Below are positions 7,865-16,287 of a DNA stretch of 28,487 nt, in pieces. The notes below the pieces were generated by a model that saw only the letters and a list, made by a program, of their open reading frames with translations, was not told where the DNA came from and made no database searches. This stretch comes from a virus. Taxonomy: Duplodnaviria; Caudoviricetes. Position numbers and translations under genes: made by a program. Positions within the stretch are counted from its first letter, which is position 1, and each line of letters begins with the position of its first letter. The DNA is taken from the IMG/VR virus record IMGVR_UViG_3300044728_000033, positions 1 to 28,487 of that record; one strand, written 5' to 3'.

Positions 7865-7893
7865 ATGCTGGGGGTTGCAGCCTGGGGTGTCAA
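7865..7893 (-). promoter_or_regulatory. Sigma70-type early promoter
   Basis: Minus strand TTGACA-N17-CAGCAT: perfect -35 and optimal spacer, in an intergenic gap. Confidence 0.65.
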
Positions 7894-7935
7894 CCCCCTG
7901 GTCAAGGGGGCCGACATAATTCCCAGTGACGTTAA

Positions 7936-8289
7936 TCAGCCGCAGACGCCCGAAGGCTCGGTGGCCGGGCGGGTCTTGCGCGCCTTGGCGGCCTTCGTCT
8001 GGACAGGCACCACCGAGACGCTGCAGCACAGCCAGTTGAGGGACTTGGCGACCGCCGCAGCGTGCGCAAGCTCGGCGGTCGAGTGGTACGAGATGACCCA
8101 GGGCGTGGCCCTGGTGGCGCACGTCTTGTCGAGGTACTCCCTCGACCAGTGGCTGGCCTGGGAGGCTTCGCAGCGGGCGCGGAAGGTCTTCTCGTCGAAG
8201 GAGTGGGCGACCAGCGCCCAGGTGTAGTTGCGGTCGGTCTTGCGGGTGCCGACCTCGCGGCCGTTCCAGATCACTTGCAGGGTCTTCAT
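7936..8289 (-). CDS. Hypothetical protein
   Basis: 117 aa, preceded by the CTGGAGCTACACC start motif. Confidence 0.7.
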   Translation of the reverse strand: MKTLQVIWNGREVGTRKTDRNYTWALVAHSFDEKTFRARCEASQASHWSREYLDKTCATRATPWVISYHSTAELAHAAAVAKSLNWLCCSVSVVPVQTKAAKARKTRPATEPSGVCG

Positions 8290-8326
8290 GGTGTAGCTCC
8301 AGGGTTGAGGTGAGGGAAGAGGCTGA

Positions 8327-8707
8327 TCAGCCGCCGATGCGAGCCCAACGCTCGTCGTCGCGCTCGCGCTCCTCGATGGCGAGGTCGTCGGCCTGACCGT
8401 ACTCGACGTAGGCGTCGGAGCCGTAGATCGGGCGACCGGCGGGCCAGAGGTCGAAGCCCACCGGGAGCTTGCCCAGGGACATGCGGCGGTTCAGGCGGTC
8501 GGCCAGGGTCATGGCGGCCAGCATCGGGTCGAGCGAGCCGGAGGTCACGGCAAGCTCGCGGGTGTCGCCGTGCTCGTTGTAGGCGCGGACGAAGTTGAGC
8601 ACGCCGTGGATCGCGCCGGTCGGGTTGGTGATGTCGGCGTTCTCTGGGTTGTGGCCGACGACGACGACCATCGAGGTGTTGTCGAAGGTCCAGGCGGGTG
8701 CGTTCAT
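8327..8707 (-). CDS. Hypothetical protein
   Basis: 126 aa with AAGGAG RBS and the C-terminal segment RPIYGSDAYVEYG. Confidence 0.7.
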   Translation of the reverse strand: MNAPAWTFDNTSMVVVVGHNPENADITNPTGAIHGVLNFVRAYNEHGDTRELAVTSGSLDPMLAAMTLADRLNRRMSLGKLPVGFDLWPAGRPIYGSDAYVEYGQADDLAIEERERDDERWARIGG

Positions 8708-8733
8708 GGTGTGCTCCTTGAGGCTTTAAATGA

Positions 8734-9096
8734 TCACTTGACGAGGGGGAATTCGGCGTCCAGGGCGGACAGGTCGACGACCGGGGCAGCCCACTTGCCG
8801 CCGCGCACGCGCTTGTCGCTGATGGCCCAGCCACCGATGCCGCACTGCTTCCAGTTGTAGTTCGCCAGGGCGAAGCGCAGCATGTTGTTGACGACGTGCG
8901 TCTCGGTGGTGTCGAACTGCTCGGCAAGCTCGGCGATGGTCGGGGCCAGCTTGCCGTCGAGGCGCAGGGTCTTGACGTTGTTGGCTTCACGGTAGGCGCG
9001 CTGGCGAGCGGCTGCGTCGGCATGCTTGGCAGGGCGGCCGCGCTTGGCCTTGGGCAGGGGGCCGACGAACGCTGCTTGATCGGTGGACTGTGTCAT
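8734..9096 (-). CDS. Putative DNA-binding regulator (AT-hook-like plus ribbon-helix-helix-like)
   Basis: Probable start MTQSTDQ with GGAG RBS. KRGRPAKHADAAARQRAYRE is followed by the strand-helix-helix pattern KTLRLDGKLAPTIAELAEQFDTTETHVVNNMLRFAL. Confidence 0.55.
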   Translation of the reverse strand: MTQSTDQAAFVGPLPKAKRGRPAKHADAAARQRAYREANNVKTLRLDGKLAPTIAELAEQFDTTETHVVNNMLRFALANYNWKQCGIGGWAISDKRVRGGKWAAPVVDLSALDAEFPLVK

Positions 9097-9131
9097 CTGG
9101 AAGCTCCGCTTGGTGGTGGTGTCAAGCTTGT

Positions 9132-9160
9132 ATTCTAGTGATATTTGGAGCCTCAGGCTA
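9132..9160 (-). promoter_or_regulatory. Putative first early promoter
   Basis: Minus strand TAGCCT-N17-TAGAAT in an AT-rich patch upstream of the regulator gene. Confidence 0.4.
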
Positions 9161-9201
9161 CCGTTTGTCTGGGTTGGCGTGCGAAAGTACCGGAAAGGGC
9201 A

Positions 9202-9410
9202 GCACCAGTGTGGGCTACGCCCGGCAGGCACCAGTGGCACCAGTGGGCAGCACCACCCTGCAAAAGAGCCTCTACGCCCGGTAGCACTACTGGCACTAGT
9301 CTCTCCACAGTAGACGTGGAGAGGGAAGGTAGAAGGGGGGCCAGGGGATCGGTCGGGAATTGACGCAATCGCCAGGGAGAACCACTGGTGCGGATGGGGC
9401 GGGTGGTGCT
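9202..9410. repeat. Cluster of short direct and inverted repeats in the divergent intergenic region
   Basis: GCACCAGTG at 9202, 9228 and 9237, with variants at 9284 and 9293 and an inverted copy at 9383-9391. CTACGCCCGG at 9215 and 9272. Confidence 0.75.
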
Positions 9411-9438
9411 AGCGCGGTTTGGGGGTACATTTGCGCGC

Positions 9439-9798
9439 ATGTCAACCCCTCATTCACCGGGCGACGACGAAAAACTGTCGGACCCTGTCGGCAACCTGAA
9501 CCGCGCCGGGCGCAAGCCCGGCGTGCCCAACAAGAGCACGGTCGCCTTCCGCGAGACGGTGCAGGCGCTGCTCGACGACAACAGGGAGAACGTCGCCCTG
9601 TGGCTCAAGCAGACGGCCGAGGGCTCGCGCAATCGCAAGGTCGGGGGCAAGACCATCCCCGGTCGGCCGCCCGATCCTGCGGGCGCTGCGAGGCTCCTGG
9701 CCCAGCTTGCCGAATTCGCAGCGCCCAAGCTCAACAGGTCCGAGGTCGTCGGCGAAGGCGGCGGCCCGCTGACGGTCGTCATACGCAAGGAAGCCTGA
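9439..9798 (+). CDS. terS: Putative terminase small subunit
   Basis: First late gene. GNLNRAGRKPGVPNK motif and C-terminal EVVGEGGGPLTVVI are typical of TerS. Confidence 0.7.
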   Translation: MSTPHSPGDDEKLSDPVGNLNRAGRKPGVPNKSTVAFRETVQALLDDNRENVALWLKQTAEGSRNRKVGGKTIPGRPPDPAGAARLLAQLAEFAAPKLNRSEVVGEGGGPLTVVIRKEA

Positions 9799-9801
9799 GG
9801 C

Positions 9802-10563
9802 ATGGAGCAGCACGATGTAGCGGCGCTGAAGGGCTGGCGCACGGTCCTGCACCCCAACGGCAAGGACGTCGAGCGTTCCCATTCCGTCACTGGTAATTGG
9901 CCGCCCGACGGTCACCCGCTCTACGCTGACGAGTCGCTGGTCGCCAGGGTGACCGACTGGCTGATCGAGCACGGCCAGACGGTGTTCCAGATGTTCCTGC
10001 TCGACCGCGACGAGCGCACGCACAGCCTGATGGTGCTGCAGCGTGTAAATGTCCCGCACGCTGGTCGCGTGCTGTCCCTGGGCTCCGGCATCGCAGGCAT
10101 GGAGGCGTACTGGAAGACGGCACGACCCGACGTCCAGTTCACCCTGGTCAACGCATCCAGGGCGCAGCTAGTGCGCTCTCGCTGCCCTGGCGAGCGAGTG
10201 CAGTGCGACATGCGCTCGCCTCTCGCTGCGCTGCCTGGGCGGCTGGGCTGGTACGACCTCGTGGTGATGGGCTACTCGCTGCACCACGTCGACGACGTGC
10301 CTGCGATGCTGCGCATGGCTCGCTCGATGCTGCGGCCTGGGGGCACGCTGCTCGTGCTCGACGTGGTCGACGGCACGCACCGCTTCCACGAGGTGGTGAA
10401 CTACTGCAGCCTGCGCAGCTTCGAGCTACAGCATGCAGGGCTCGTGCGCCTCGATGGCGACTGCGACTGGCACAGGCTGCCGACCGAGGTGATCGGCGAG
10501 CGTGCGGCCGAGGTGCTCGACGCTGGCGAGGTCGAGCCCTCGATGTGGATCGGCGCGGCCTGA
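9802..10563 (+). CDS. Class I SAM-dependent methyltransferase
   Basis: Motif I RVLSLGSGIAG, then QCDM, YDLVVMGYSLHHVDD and LRPGGTLLVLD. Confidence 0.85.
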   Translation: MEQHDVAALKGWRTVLHPNGKDVERSHSVTGNWPPDGHPLYADESLVARVTDWLIEHGQTVFQMFLLDRDERTHSLMVLQRVNVPHAGRVLSLGSGIAGMEAYWKTARPDVQFTLVNASRAQLVRSRCPGERVQCDMRSPLAALPGRLGWYDLVVMGYSLHHVDDVPAMLRMARSMLRPGGTLLVLDVVDGTHRFHEVVNYCSLRSFELQHAGLVRLDGDCDWHRLPTEVIGERAAEVLDAGEVEPSMWIGAA

Positions 10564-10631
10564 TGCTGCGGCTGCTGGCGTTCGTCATCGTGGCCGTGCT
10601 GCTCTCCCTCATCGCGTGGTGCGCAGCATGA
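10563..10631 (+). CDS. Tiny membrane peptide (22 aa)
   Basis: MLRLLAFVIVAVLLSLIAWCAA, with a TGATG overlap with the MTase stop. Confidence 0.45.
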   Translation: MLRLLAFVIVAVLLSLIAWCAA

Positions 10632-10759
10632 TCACGCTCGTGGTCAACGATCCCTGGTGGACCTACGGGCTCGACTTCCTCATCGGCGTGCTCTCAGGCG
10701 CTGCAGGCATGTATGTCTTCGACCGGTGGGCAACGTGGAAGGGCAAGCGCGGTGGATGA
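10628..10759 (+). CDS. Small membrane protein (43 aa)
   Basis: MITLVVNDPWWTYGLDFLIGVLSGAAGMYVFDRWATWKGKRGG, with an ATGA overlap. Confidence 0.55.
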   Translation: MITLVVNDPWWTYGLDFLIGVLSGAAGMYVFDRWATWKGKRGG

Positions 10760-10871
10760 CATCTTCTTCATCGGCACCATCGTGCTGCTCTCGGGCATCG
10801 TCGGCTTCATCGGCGGGGTGACCTGGGTCTGGTGGCTGGCGGGCACGCCTAGCGATCCCGACTATGGCTGA
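10752..10871 (+). CDS. Small membrane protein (39 aa)
   Basis: GTG start. MDDIFFIGTIVLLSGIVGFIGGVTWVWWLAGTPSDPDYG overlaps the TerL start. Confidence 0.55.
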   Translation: MDDIFFIGTIVLLSGIVGFIGGVTWVWWLAGTPSDPDYG

Positions 10872-12225
10872 GATCACGCTGCCCAACGGCTTCACCGCAC
10901 GGCCCCTGCAGAAGGCGCTGATGCGGTACTACGACCACGGCGGGCTGCGTGCGGCCTGCTGCTGGCCTCGTCGGTTCGGCAAGGACCTCACCATGCTGCA
11001 CCAGACAGCGAAGATGAGCTTCGAGCGCCCTGGCATGTACTTCCACATGCTGCCGACGCACAAGCACGCCAGGAAGGTCGTCTGGGATGGCTTCGACAAC
11101 CAGGGCAGGAAGACCCTGGACGTGGTGTTCCCCAAGCAGTTGCGTGAGGACACCAACAAGACCGAGATGAAGATCACCCTGCGCTCTGGGGCGATCTGGC
11201 AGCTTGTAGGCTCGGACTACTACGACAGCTTGGTGGGCTCCAACCCCTTCGGCATCGTGATGAGCGAGGCGGCCCTGAGCGATCCCAGGGCGTGGTCGAT
11301 GTTCCGGCCGATGCTCGCGGGCAACGGCGGCTGGGCAGCCTTCATCAGCACACCCCGAGGCTACAACCACTTCCACGACCTGATCCAGTTGGCGAAGTCC
11401 AGCGACCACTGGTTCCACTCGCACGTCGGCGTCGGCGAGACGCAGCACATCCCGCAGGGCGTGCTCGACGACGAGCGCCGCGAGATGCCCGACGAGCTAT
11501 ACCGGCAGGAGTACGACTGCGACTTCAGCGCCGCGAACGTCGGCGCGATCTTCGGCCGCTACGTCGAGCAGATGGAGAAGCAGGGCCGCATCTGCTTCGT
11601 CGACCGGCCAGGACCCAACGACGAGGTCTGGGTGACCTCCGACATCGGCTACCGGGACAAGGCCGCGTTCATCTGGTGGAAGCGCATGCGCGGCGGCTTC
11701 GAGATATTCCACTACGACGACGGCAGCGGCATGGACGCCGAGGAGTGGATACCCAGGCTTAACAAGCAGCCCCGTGCCGATGTGCTGATCCTGCCGCACG
11801 ACGCCAGGGCGAAGACCTTCGCCTCGAAGCGCAGCGTGGTCGAGACGTTCCTGGCCGACCGGCCCTGGGGCGGCTGCGACGTGCGTGTAAATGAGCAGAG
11901 GAAGAAGCAGGACAGCATCAACGCCGGTCGGCTGATGCTGCGCCGGGTCAGGATCAGCAACAACGAGCCCTGCGCTCCGCTCCTCCAGGCTCTGAGGGCG
12001 TACCACTTCAAGTACGACGAAGAGACGAAGACCTTCCGCGCCGAGCCCGAGCATGACTGGTCGAGCCACCCGGCCGATGCGTTCATGGAAGGCGCTGCCA
12101 AGCTCGTCGAGATCGAGCCCCCGCCGCCCGAGAAGACCATAATCGTGCCGCCGCTCAGTCACACGTTCACCCTGGATCAACTCCACGAGACTGTCGGCAC
12201 GCACTCGACCCAAGGACGACTCTGA
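10864..12225 (+). CDS. terL: Terminase large subunit
   Basis: Walker A-like WPRRFGKD, Walker B GIVMSEAA, coupling motif FISTPRG, and nuclease motifs SDIG and HDWSSHPADAF. Confidence 0.95.
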   Translation: MAEITLPNGFTARPLQKALMRYYDHGGLRAACCWPRRFGKDLTMLHQTAKMSFERPGMYFHMLPTHKHARKVVWDGFDNQGRKTLDVVFPKQLREDTNKTEMKITLRSGAIWQLVGSDYYDSLVGSNPFGIVMSEAALSDPRAWSMFRPMLAGNGGWAAFISTPRGYNHFHDLIQLAKSSDHWFHSHVGVGETQHIPQGVLDDERREMPDELYRQEYDCDFSAANVGAIFGRYVEQMEKQGRICFVDRPGPNDEVWVTSDIGYRDKAAFIWWKRMRGGFEIFHYDDGSGMDAEEWIPRLNKQPRADVLILPHDARAKTFASKRSVVETFLADRPWGGCDVRVNEQRKKQDSINAGRLMLRRVRISNNEPCAPLLQALRAYHFKYDEETKTFRAEPEHDWSSHPADAFMEGAAKLVEIEPPPPEKTIIVPPLSHTFTLDQLHETVGTHSTQGRL

Positions 12226-14297
12226 TGGCAACTTACGGTGAAGCCGCAACTACCAGTGACGAAAAGTCCGGGGACGGCAGGGAATACAAGGACATCCACG
12301 ACGGCAAAAAGCCCGGCGATCAGTCCCTGGTGCCCGAGCGCGACAAGGGCAAGAGCCCCACCGAGCTAGCTGTCCGCTGGGAGCGGGAGCTTCAGGCTTC
12401 CAAGAAGGAGCTTTCCAAGTTCCACATCACCGCCAAGAAGCTGGTGCAGAAGTACCTCGACGAGCGCGACGGTGCCGCGTTCAACGAGGCGGACTCGAAG
12501 TTCAACCTGTTCTGGTCCAACATCGAGGTGCTGAAGTCCTCCTTGTATGCCAAGCCACCCAACGTCGACGTCAGCAACACGCACAAGGACTCCGAGGACG
12601 ACGTCAGCCGCGTGGCAGCCAACATCCTGCAGCGGATGCTCAACAACGACTGCGAGGACGACGACGAGAGCACCTACCCGGAGATCACGAGGCAGGCGGT
12701 CGGCGACTACCTGATCGTCGGCCTGGGTCAGGTCTGGTACAGGTACGAGGTCGAGACTGAGCAGGCCAAGACCGAGGCTGTGACCGACCCGACGACCGGC
12801 GATGTCCTGGCCGAGCCGGTCGAGTACGAGGCGATCACCTCCGAGGACGCCCCGGCCGACTACGTCTACTGGGAGGACTTCTGGTGGAGCCCTGCCAGGG
12901 TCTGGCAGGACGTTCGCTGGGTCGCCCGCCGCGTGTACATGAACCGCGAGGAGCTTATCGCCCGGTTCGGCGAGAAGATCGGCAAGGTGATCCCGGTCAG
13001 CAAGCAGAAGTCCAAGGCTGATGCCCTGGGGCACATCAACGACCCGTGGGAGAAGGCTGGCGTCTTCGAGATATGGGACAAGACCACGAAGTGCGCCTAC
13101 TGGCACGTCATGGGCTTCAACCTGATCTGCGACTACAAGAAGGACCCGCTGAAGCTCAAGGGTTTCTTCCCGTGCCCGCAGCCGCTGATGGCGAACCTGA
13201 CCACCAGCAAGTTCATCCCCCGCGCCGACTACCTGCTGGCGCAGGACCAGTACGCCCAGATCGACGAGCTTTCGACCCGGATCAAGTACCTGACGAAGGC
13301 TTGCAAGGTGGTCGGGGTCTACGACAAGAACAGCACCCCTATCGGCCGTGTCTTCCAAGAGGGCATGGAGAACCAGATGATCCCGGTCGACAACTGGGCC
13401 GCGTTCGCCGAGAAGGGCGGGCTCAAGGGGCAGATGGACTTCGTCCCCATCGAGATCATCGCTGCGGTCATCGAGAAGCTCACCCAGCAGCGCGACATCA
13501 TCAAGGGTGCGCTCTACGAGGTGCTGGGCATCGGCGACATCATGCGCGGCATGACCAACCCCGACGAGACGCTGGGCGCGCAGCAACTCAAGGCGCAGTT
13601 CGGCGGCAACCGGCTGCAGTTCAAGCAGCAGCACATTGGAGCCTGGGTCGCTGGCGGCCAGCGCATCAGGGCGCAGATCATCTGCGACCGGTTCCAGCCG
13701 CAGACGATCATGCAGCGGTCGAACATCGAGCACAGCCCCGACAAGGACATGGCTCCCCAGGCCATCGAATTCCTGAAGCAGTCCGGCGACGACAAGTTTT
13801 ACCGGATCAGCGTCGAGAGCGAGACGATGGCGATGGTCGACTGGGCGCAGGAGCGCGACAGCCGCAGCCAGTTCATGGAGGCGGTCGGCTCGTTCGTCAT
13901 GGCGGTCACTCCCCTCATCCAGGCCAAGCCCCAGGCTGGCCCTGTCGTCCTGCAGATGATGAAGTGGGGCTTGGGCGGCTTCCGCGTCTCGAAGGAGATC
14001 GAGACGGTGCTGGATCAGGCCATCGCCGCCGCGCAGCAGCCGGACCCGGAGAAGGAGCGCCCCGACCCCATCGAGGAGTCGACGGTGAAGAAGAACATGG
14101 CGACGGCCGTCAAGGACAAGACTCAGGCAGTGCTGAACCTGACCAAGGCAGGCCAGCAGCAACTGGAACGCGCCATGATCGGCGTCGACGCCAAGCCCGA
14201 CCAGGGCGCGCTGCCGCCCCCCGGCGCGCAGCCCCCTGGCCCCCAAGGTCCCCCGCAACCCGGCCCGCAAGGACCGCCACCCAACCTGATGCAGTAG
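12225..14297 (+). CDS. Portal protein
   Basis: 690 aa directly after TerL. FNLFWSNIEVLKSSLY, FFPCPQP and ETLGAQQLK are typical of P22-like podovirus portals. Pro/Gln-rich tail. Confidence 0.88.
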   Translation: MATYGEAATTSDEKSGDGREYKDIHDGKKPGDQSLVPERDKGKSPTELAVRWERELQASKKELSKFHITAKKLVQKYLDERDGAAFNEADSKFNLFWSNIEVLKSSLYAKPPNVDVSNTHKDSEDDVSRVAANILQRMLNNDCEDDDESTYPEITRQAVGDYLIVGLGQVWYRYEVETEQAKTEAVTDPTTGDVLAEPVEYEAITSEDAPADYVYWEDFWWSPARVWQDVRWVARRVYMNREELIARFGEKIGKVIPVSKQKSKADALGHINDPWEKAGVFEIWDKTTKCAYWHVMGFNLICDYKKDPLKLKGFFPCPQPLMANLTTSKFIPRADYLLAQDQYAQIDELSTRIKYLTKACKVVGVYDKNSTPIGRVFQEGMENQMIPVDNWAAFAEKGGLKGQMDFVPIEIIAAVIEKLTQQRDIIKGALYEVLGIGDIMRGMTNPDETLGAQQLKAQFGGNRLQFKQQHIGAWVAGGQRIRAQIICDRFQPQTIMQRSNIEHSPDKDMAPQAIEFLKQSGDDKFYRISVESETMAMVDWAQERDSRSQFMEAVGSFVMAVTPLIQAKPQAGPVVLQMMKWGLGGFRVSKEIETVLDQAIAAAQQPDPEKERPDPIEESTVKKNMATAVKDKTQAVLNLTKAGQQQLERAMIGVDAKPDQGALPPPGAQPPGPQGPPQPGPQGPPPNLMQ

Positions 14298-14306
14298 GAG
14301 CGCACC

Positions 14307-14588
14307 ATGACCAAGAAGGAAGAGAAGCTCGTCGAGCAGGAAACCGATCCGATCCAGCAGAAGTACGAGCGCGAGGCGCTCGAAGAGCAGGCCAAGCTGG
14401 AGAAGAAGGCCGAGAAGGGTGCCTATCTGGAGCCCCAGGCTGCCGAGGCGATGCCGCAGCGATTCTCGACCGGCGGCGCGACCTACGACGACAAGGTCGC
14501 CTGGGAAGCGGCGCACGGTGGCGCAGCGCCCGCTGGCGCGGCCATCGAGCCCGGCTACGCCGAGGCGAAAGATGTCGCGCCTCAGTGA
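14307..14588 (+). CDS. Hypothetical protein
   Basis: 93 aa with a strong AGGAG RBS. Confidence 0.7.
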   Translation: MTKKEEKLVEQETDPIQQKYEREALEEQAKLEKKAEKGAYLEPQAAEAMPQRFSTGGATYDDKVAWEAAHGGAAPAGAAIEPGYAEAKDVAPQ

Positions 14589-16287
14589 CCTCCTGCGCGA
14601 GGCAGGGACCGAGGTCGCCGGTCAGGCCGACGCGACCGGCCAGTTGCTCTGGGGGCTCGCCAAGCAGCCCGTGGCAGGGCTGACCGGTGCCAGCACCGGC
14701 ATCGCGTCCCTGCTGCGCGGCAAGGGCAAGGACCAGTCGCTGGCCGACGCCACCGAGCAGATCGAGCGTGTAAATGCCTGGGGCGGCGCCCCGGTCACCG
14801 AGCGCGGCGGGCAGCGGCTGCAGGAGCTTGGCAGCACCATCAAGGGTGCTGGAGACTGGGCGACCAAGAACGTCCCCGGCGCGAAGGCCGCAGGCGAGGG
14901 CTGGGACCAGTACGCCATGCAGAACCCTGCGATGGCGGCGGGCATGGTCGGGCTGGTGGAAGCCGCGCCAGGGCCGGGCAAGGCCAAGGGCGCCATGCGC
15001 GCCGCCGAGCAGGCGACGACGCTGGCGTCGGGCCGTGCGCGGCTGCTGCGCGAGGGGCTCGACCCCGAGAACGCGAGCAAGGCCGCCGTCGAGTCTGCCG
15101 GGCGGCCGCGCAGCATCGCCACGGTGCAGGACCCGCAGCGTGTGTCCTACCCTGGCGTGTACGACAACCCGAAGGAGCTTGTGGCTCGCGCCAAGGTCGC
15201 CCCCGAGGACCCGGCGATGAAGCAGTTGTTCGGGGTCAACCGTGGCGACCTGCTGGCGATCTCCGAAGGCGGCAGCCGCAGGGGCAACACCCCCGAGTAC
15301 CCGTACCCTTCCAGCGACAAAGGCAAGCCCAACGAGGCAGCCCTGGCCGTCTCCAACCCGCGCAACATCCAGAGGCTTCAGGACATCACCCACGAGGCGC
15401 TGAACCGCTCCGATCTGGCCGAGGGGATGGTGCCCTGGTACGTCATGGACCCGATGTTCCAGCAGTACGTCAAGCTCTGGGGGCCGGAGAAGGCGGTCGA
15501 GGAGTACAACCGGTTCAACAACTTCACCGGGATGTCGAGCCCGAGCAGCGAGGTGCTGACCGAGCTTCGCCGTGGCACTGCCGCCAACCGGCTGCACGGC
15601 GAAGGCCGGTGGGACGACTTCGTCAAGTACGGAGGGATGCCGTACCCGACCCGCAAGGGGCTGCTGGAGCAGGGGGCTTATCCCCAGGACATGATGCACA
15701 TCCCTGGGCACATGAACCACAAGACGGCGCACGTAAAGCCGATGCAGACGATGATCGAGAACGACATGACGCCGGACATGGGCAGCGCCAAGGTGCCCAG
15801 CTACATTGAAGCCTCAGGTGTCCCCGAGACGGGCTTCCAGACCGAGCACCCCATCGGTGACGCCCACTTCTCCCGCATCGTCGGCCTGCCCGATACCCGC
15901 AACTGGACGAAGACCAAGGGGATGCTCGACGTCCCCCGCGCCAGCGCCACCATCCCCGAGATGAAGATCGTCGGCGATATGTTCCGCGAGAAGGTGGCCG
16001 AGCCCGCCGGTCTGAGCGGTGTCGGCGGCCAGGGGCTGGTCTGGGGTGCCGGGTCGCACGCGACCGGCGTCACCTCGCCCATCGGAGCACCCAAGCTGGA
16101 ACTGATCTCGCAACTGATCATGCGGACGGCGAAGCGCCTGGGCGTCAGCCCCGAGAAGGCACGCGATCTGGTGATAATGCGGCAGGCCGACCTGGGACGT
16201 GCCACGCCTGGGGCTATGGGAGCCGCAGGCGCTGCAGCCGCAGGCGGTTCAGCCCTGGTGAACGCTCTCCGCGACGAGGAACCGTAG
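14572..16287 (+). CDS. Large protein with HhH-GPD glycosylase-like motifs, possibly virion-associated
   Basis: Probable start MSRLSDLL. Gly/Ala-rich N-terminus, then PWY...SSP...GSAKVPSY...PIGDAHFSR...GQGLVW. Confidence 0.55.
   Translation: MSRLSDLLREAGTEVAGQADATGQLLWGLAKQPVAGLTGASTGIASLLRGKGKDQSLADATEQIERVNAWGGAPVTERGGQRLQELGSTIKGAGDWATKNVPGAKAAGEGWDQYAMQNPAMAAGMVGLVEAAPGPGKAKGAMRAAEQATTLASGRARLLREGLDPENASKAAVESAGRPRSIATVQDPQRVSYPGVYDNPKELVARAKVAPEDPAMKQLFGVNRGDLLAISEGGSRRGNTPEYPYPSSDKGKPNEAALAVSNPRNIQRLQDITHEALNRSDLAEGMVPWYVMDPMFQQYVKLWGPEKAVEEYNRFNNFTGMSSPSSEVLTELRRGTAANRLHGEGRWDDFVKYGGMPYPTRKGLLEQGAYPQDMMHIPGHMNHKTAHVKPMQTMIENDMTPDMGSAKVPSYIEASGVPETGFQTEHPIGDAHFSRIVGLPDTRNWTKTKGMLDVPRASATIPEMKIVGDMFREKVAEPAGLSGVGGQGLVWGAGSHATGVTSPIGAPKLELISQLIMRTAKRLGVSPEKARDLVIMRQADLGRATPGAMGAAGAAAAGGSALVNALRDEEP

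Noticed and set aside
9097-9240. N-terminal extensions given in the ORF track (8734-9240, 1268-2542, 4375-5034, 23186-24955, 14419-16287)
   Set aside because: They overlap promoters or neighbouring genes. Downstream starts with an RBS or stop/start coupling fit better.
9202-9300. Short repeats as a mini-CRISPR array
   Set aside because: The units are only 9-10 bp, adjacent or irregularly spaced, with no 25-40 bp spacers.
12931-12941. GCGTGTACATG as another copy of the late GTAAAT element
   Set aside because: It is in a different frame, uses ordinary Val-Tyr-Met codons and lacks the GNRA loop.
12366-14516. Long antisense ORFs (716 aa here, also 20831-23071, 25386-27053, 14110-15732 and 6658-7929)
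   Set aside because: They are shadow frames of real genes caused by GC-rich codon bias. They have no RBS or motifs and fully overlap well-supported genes on the opposite strand.
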